Assembly: GCA_048213135.1 (NCBI GenBank)
Contig: PS015249.1
Span: forward strand, 101,867 to 143,523
Direction of reading: 5' to 3'
Length of the DNA: 41,657 nucleotides
Source: Reclinomonas americana ATCC 50394
Taxonomy: Eukaryota
Of the stretch, positions 36,166-41,657 are shown piece after piece. The position numbers and the translations under genes are program-made. How positions within the stretch are numbered: position 1 is the first letter of the stretch; each line of letters starts with the position of its first letter. Under the pieces are notes generated by a model. That model worked only from the letters and a program-made list of their open reading frames with translations, did no database searches and was not told the origin of the DNA.

Positions 36166-38926
36166 TCAGTGAATCGGCGACACTGGCAGTCGGAAGGAGT
36201 CCACCGTGCTGCGCGCGGGAGCAGCGTGTGTGTCAGCAACTGCATCACGGCGAAACAGGAATCACTTGCACTTGCACACACACACACCTGCCGGGACTCT
36301 TCTCCGGCACACCGCACGAGGCGGTCTCCCCCGGCAATGTGCTGCCGTCGTACCCATTGTGCGCCTACTCATGCCATGTCACACTCCAAGCCTTCCGACA
36401 ACGGACACACACGCACAAACACTGACCTCCACCAAGATTACGGGCGAGTCGGGATCCGTGTTGCCGGTGAACAGAATGGCGCGTGGCGATGATCCAATGT
36501 CATACGAGGCGTGCATCATGGTCGTGGAGCAGCTGGCCGATCAAGTCAGGTGCATCACTGCACAACACTCTTTTCCCCACGTTATACATACCTCGACAAT
36601 CCACCCGTCTTCTCCCGCGACGCCAGCGAGAACCACTCCTCGGCCGGCGCAAACGTGTAGTCCAACACATACTTGGTCGAGGTCGGTCGCTGGTCACACA
36701 CGGCCGGCGATGCTTGCTGCATGTCGAGATGAGCACAATATTCCACAAAACCAGGAGAGTGCATTTCTCTCCCACCTTGTTGTGGTCCTCGGAGTTCCAG
36801 CAGAAGCCATCGTCGTTCACCAGCAAACTGCAGCAGGTTGAGACCGTAATTCACACATTCACGCGCTCACAAGATCGCCTCACATGTACGGCACAGGCGT
36901 GCCGGCCACCGTCAGTGCCGTGCGCGCCAGGTGCACCGAAGAACCGACGCTGACCGCCACTGGCGCATCGACCACCGTCAACGGCGGACCAAGCGAGAGC
37001 GTGGCCACATGCAGCGTGTGACTCGCGTCGGTAAAGGCCACCAGCGCGCGCTGCTTGACGGCATCTGTTCACCACCGTGAGTGCACACACCCACCCGACC
37101 CTTCTATTCAAAAAAACAAACCAGCCGCCGTCACGCTCGCCGACAGCACCGAGCCCGACGCCGCAATGCATTGCACGCCACCGGTCACCGACAGCGAGTA
37201 CGTCTCCCACACGATGCGGATGGGTACGGCGCCGACCGCGCACGCCGGCGTGGATACCAGCGCCACAATGCCGCCCTCCGCAGTGACATCGGCTGCCAGC
37301 AGAGCGTTCCAGCCGGTGCCCGTCAGCGCCCCGCACCGCCGCACTTGCGTGTCGTTGTGCGAGGCCATGCTGAACTCCACAAAGCAAAAGTTGACATTAG
37401 ACGAGAGCAGCAGTGCCGTGTGGTAACTCGACGGTGCCGGATCCTCCACCACCATCGCCGCCATCGTGTCGTACATGCCAGTGAGTGGCAGTGGTGCCGT
37501 GGCATCAATAGACACTATGTGTATACAGGCGGCGGATCAGCACACGTGCGCACACCTGCCCCTTCTCCGCCTCACAACGCAACGAGTGCCCGGCCACGTG
37601 GCGATTCCGCGCTGCACCTCAAAGCCACTGGCGTGTCGGCACACCAAGGCCACATCGGCCGACGAGGTGGCGGCATTGGAGCCGAGCAGCAGGGGGAATG
37701 GAGCGGAGCAGTCGGCGGCCACCGAGTGGTGCAGTCCGTACTGCGAGAGCGGACTCGAGTACGTCTGGAACATGGCCTGTGTGTGGGAGAGGAGAGGGCT
37801 GTTAGCACTGCCTCCTACTCAAAAAAACCAGCACTCCCACGCAACTGGATCAATGTTAATGGCAAAACGCAGGCCGCTCGGATGCAACAGCGACGGGTCC
37901 TTCATGTACGCCCGCGACACATTCAAGACTTTCGGCGCGCGTGGTGAGCCAACACCACCATGACAGCATTGTCGCCATGACAACCACGCAACTGGACGAC
38001 TCATCCGCCGGCTCCCACACCTGGAACGGGTACGTGACATTGGCGAACTTGCCCCACTTGACATCGCGGAGGAGCGTCACAAACATCGACGGATCCAGCG
38101 GTGCCGTCGGCAGATTCAAAACCTTTGCAGAGAGGATGATGAGCAAGCTGGAGAGGCAGCAGTATGAGCTGGTGAGGGGAGGTAGCACACCTGGAATCGA
38201 TCGTATCCCTTGGCAGCATCGTCGCTAAAGGCGGCCTCCCACGCATTCCCCGGATAGATCCACGTAGAAACGTACGGGCGATAAGCCTGCGCAAAGCACG
38301 AGGCCGCCGCCGATCCCGATCCATCCATGACTAGCTCCACATCCGCAAACGAGCTCGGCTTGCGCGCCCTTGCCTGCGTAAAAGCATCGACAAAGCGCTG
38401 CATTTCCGCGCGAAAGGCCACCGCGTTGGAGGACGACGTCGAGCACACGTCACCGAGGCCTGTGTACTTGAAGCAGGCGGCCAGGGTCAACTTCGTGGCT
38501 CCTCCTCCGAGGTACGGCTGCATGTCCTGAGAGAAGAGGTAGGCGACGAGCTCGTCGGAGGTGTTGTAGCGTTGTGTGAGAGGAGTCGGCGTGTTGTGGA
38601 TGAGCACAAAGCAGGTGGTGCGAGGGGAGAGGCCTTGATGCGCACAGGAGGCTGCGTCGTTGACGAAATGAAGATCCGCCTGTGATTGAGTTGTGTGTGT
38701 GAGTCCTCTTTCTCTCTCTGTGTGTGTGCGTGCGTGTGCGTGTGACCTTGAGGTATCGTGCTCCCTTGATGAGCGCCTGTGGCCACTCGCGCAAGTCATC
38801 CCATGAGTGGATTTGGAAGTCGATTTGAGGAAAACGCAGTGGCGAACTCGACACCACCACGACGACACCCGTGAGTGACACGAGAAGTGCGACGAGGAGG
38901 AGAAGAACACGTGATCTCTGCTTCAT
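36166..38926 (-). CDS. Secreted PLC-like phosphodiesterase (TIM-barrel) protein with an uncharacterised C-terminal region
   Basis: Signal peptide MKQRSRVLLLLVALLVSL. QIHSWDDL...ALIKGARYLKADLH...CFVLIHN follows the H...GxRxxExD...H pattern of the superfamily. About 12 phase-compatible exons ending PIH*. Confidence 0.6.
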
Positions 38927-39016
38927 GAGCCACCAAAATCAGGAGGGTTTTACAGCGAGGGCTCGCCGGGACGAGAGGAGGACGACGAGAAGGGAGATGG
39001 GAAGAGCGAGTGTCGA

Positions 39017-41457
39017 TCATGACCGCGACGCAGAGGATTGTGCGCCAGCGCCCGACACGGCTCCGGCCAGGTCGCGAAGATTGGGCGTGCTCTCCATGGG
39101 AGGCGGGGCGCGCCAGGCGCGGCGACCGCCGCCATTGCCGTTTCCACTGCCACTGCCGCCTTCGCCGCCGTCGCCACTGTTGCGATCGCGCCAGTTGCCG
39201 CCACCACCACCCCGATTGCGATTGTAACCGCCACCGCGGCCTCCACCACCACCACCGTAGCCACCACCATTACCACCCGCACCCCGTGAGCCATCTTCAC
39301 CACCGTAGCCACCACCACCACGGCCACCACCGCGACCGCCACCACCGCGTCTTGGGCGACCCGGCGCACCACGACCAAACGTCTCCATGTTGGTCGCTCG
39401 CTGCTCACGCATCGACACGCGGCCATCGGTCTTTGTTTCGCAGCTGCGAGGAGGAGGACAAGTAAGCGAGTGAGTGAGAGACAGGAAGGAGATGCGTAAA
39501 AAAGGGGNNNNNNNNNNNNNNNNNNNNNNNNNNNNNNNNNNNNNNNNNNNNNNNNNNNNNNNNNNNNNNNNNNNNNNNNNNNNNNNNNNNNNNNNNNNNN
39601 NNNNNNNNNNNNNNNNNNNNNNNNNNNNNNNNNNNNNNNNNNNNNNNNNNNNNNNNNNNNNNNNNNNNNNNNNNNNNNNNNNNNNNNNNNNNNNNNNNNN
39701 NNNNNNNNNNNNNNNNNNNNNNNNNNNNNNNNNNNNNNNNNNNNNNNNNNNNNNNNNNNNNNNNNNNNNNNNNNNNNNNNNNNNNNNNNNNNNNNNNNNN
39801 NNNNNNNNNNNNNNNNNNNNNNNNNNNNNNNNNNNNNNNNNNNNNNNNNCCGACCTCAGCGTGTCGAAAAAGTCCTCCTTCTTGTACGCCGCTGGTGACT
39901 TTTCCGGTGCTCCCTCCGACACTGTGGTCTTGGCGGCAAACTCCTCCAACAACTTATCCTTGTCGAGCCGTGCATTGGCCGACGCAAAGTCAAAGTCCTC
40001 CTTGAACTTTTCCCGTTCGGCGGCCATGGCTGCAGGATCGCCTCGTGGACCACCACCGCGCCCGGCACCACCACCAGCACCACCACCTCCGCGATGACCA
40101 CCACCACCGCGACCTCCACGGTGATACTGCTGCTGGCCCGAGGGCGAGCCGCCGGCCGATTGTGGTCGTCCACCACCACCACGACCACCACGATGTGAGC
40201 GTTCGCCACCGGGTGGTGATTGGGCGCTAGACGGGGGCATCGAGGGCGGGGGCTGCGTGTGGGGGAAAGGGTGTGAGGAAGGGGAAGGATTCGGGGGGAA
40301 GGGAGATGAAGGAGACGCAACAGCCGAGGTGATGATTGCGGGGTCGACTGGCGGTTGCGGTGGTGGTGGTGCACCACTCGGGACCTCCAGGTCTGCGGAG
40401 GGGGAGGGGCAGGTGAGAAGAGGGGTAAAGGGAAAGGGGAAGGGGAAAGAGAGAAGGAGAGGGAGAGAAGGAGAGGAGGTGAGACAAGACAAGCAACACC
40501 GTGACAACACGAACTGCCCTCTCTCTCTCTCTCACTAGTCCCTCCTCCGAGAACCAAGGGAAGGGAAGAGGAAGAGGAGAGGAAGGGGAAGAACGACAAA
40601 GAGACAAAGGAGGAGAGGATGGAGATGAAGAGGAAGGAGGAGGAGCGGCGAGGAGGAAGAGGAAACATGGTGACAACACGAACTGCCGACGGCGTCGCCT
40701 GATCCCTCCCTCTCTCTCACTCGGGGAGGAGGAAGAGGAGAGGAAGCGGAAGAACGACAAGGAGAGGGAGGAGGAGGAGTAGGAGATGAGAAGAGGATGG
40801 AGGAAGAAGACAAGGAGACAAGACGAGCAATACACGGCGTCGCTTGATCCCTGCCACCCTCCCTCTCTCACTCACTCGGGGAGGAGGAAGAGGAGAAAAA
40901 GGGAAAGAACAACAAGGAGAGGGAGGAGGAGGAGAAGGGGAGGAAAGAAGAAGAAGGAGGAGGTGAGATAAGACGAACAACACACGAACTGAAGACGGTC
41001 TCTCCAACTTCTCTCTCCAAGAACGGGGCAAAGGAAAGGGCAGGAGAGGAAGAAGAACAACAGGGAGCACAATGGGGAGGAGAGTAACAAGAAGGAGGAG
41101 AGACAAAACGAGCTACACACGAACTGAAGATGCCGTCGCTTGATCCCTGCCACCCTCTCACTCATCCCTCCGAGAAGGGGGAAGGAGAAAGGGGAGGAAG
41201 AGGAAGAACAAGGAGGAGAGACAAGACGAGCAACACACGAACTGAAGACGGCGTCGCTCGATCCCTGCCACCCTCTCACTCATCCCTCCGAGAAGGGGGA
41301 AGGAGAAAGGGGAGGAGAGGAAGAAGAAGAACAAAGGGAGGAAGGAGGAGAGGAGGGGAGGAAGAGGAAGGAGGAGAAAGAACAAGGAAAGTGGTGAGAC
41401 AAGACGAGCAACACACGATCTGCCTCCTCTCTCCCGTCTCCCTTCTCCTTCACCTCA

Positions 41458-41489
<32 letters not shown>

Positions 41490-41655
41490 CTCTCTCTCTC
41501 CCTCCCCCTCTGCACAGGTCACACACAGACTCGACCACACACACACACACCCTTAATATCCTGACTGCGGAACAGAATGTACGGGTACACAGTCTCATTG
41601 GGCGGAATCTCCTCCTCCGGTCGCGCCGCACGCCCTTCCGTACCAAAGATACGCA
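39017..41655 (-). CDS. LSM14: Lsm14/Scd6/RAP55 P-body protein (5' end off window)
   Basis: Lsm domain VRIFGTEGR...IPPNETVYPYILFRSQDIK|DLEV, FDF box EDFDFASANARLDK, FFD box YKKEDFFDTL, TFG box QRATNMETFG, and RGG tracts. Confidence 0.95.
40480..41425. repeat. Intronic repeat array in Lsm14 intron 40393-41550
   Basis: About 7 full or partial copies of gagacaagacgagcaacacacgaactgaagacggcgtcgcttgatccctgccaccctctcactc, separated by GA-rich tracts. Confidence 0.85.
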
Positions 41656-41657
41656 CT

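Noticed and set aside
1881-40321. GC-AG introns starting 3 nt into GTTGCG, or TT-AG introns
   Set aside because: A GC start keeps frame but leaves no donor consensus, forces GTT at every exon end and fails for GTTGAG. A TT start breaks frame with the AG acceptors.
40480-41425. CRISPR-like repeat/spacer pattern
   Set aside because: Repeats vary in length, spacers are low-complexity GA, and the array lies in a spliceosomal intron.

Overview
Gene-dense, GC-rich eukaryotic (protist-like) scaffold with seven N-gaps, the standard genetic code and many short (about 55-80 nt) GT-AG introns, so the ORF track shows only exon fragments. Splicing by hand gives about 15 protein genes: a His-rich protein (5' exon only), a nucleotide-sugar transporter, a peroxisomal enoyl-CoA hydratase, a truncated Skp1 paralogue, PARG, a hypothetical protein, a GT31-like glycosyltransferase, a vWA/Sec23-like (cpRas-type) protein, a WD40-FN3-coiled-coil protein, a MED15-like protein, a 49-aa microprotein, a homeodomain protein, an ankyrin-macrodomain protein, a secreted PLC-like phosphodiesterase and Lsm14/Scd6. 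There is also a tRNA-Asp(GTC) and several repeats. The strongest unexpected signal is two classes of 5' splice site. About 22 of about 78 hand-inferred introns start GTTGCG(T) (one GTTGAGT), i.e. GTGCGT/GTGAGT with one extra T, and all of these follow an exon that does not end in G; donors after G are degenerate and never of this type. Other highlights are an NF-kB-p105-like NLS/Gly-rich/ankyrin layout ending in a macrodomain, a tandemly duplicated micro-exon, and the spliced microprotein. All gene models and counts are manual inferences without transcript data or database searches.
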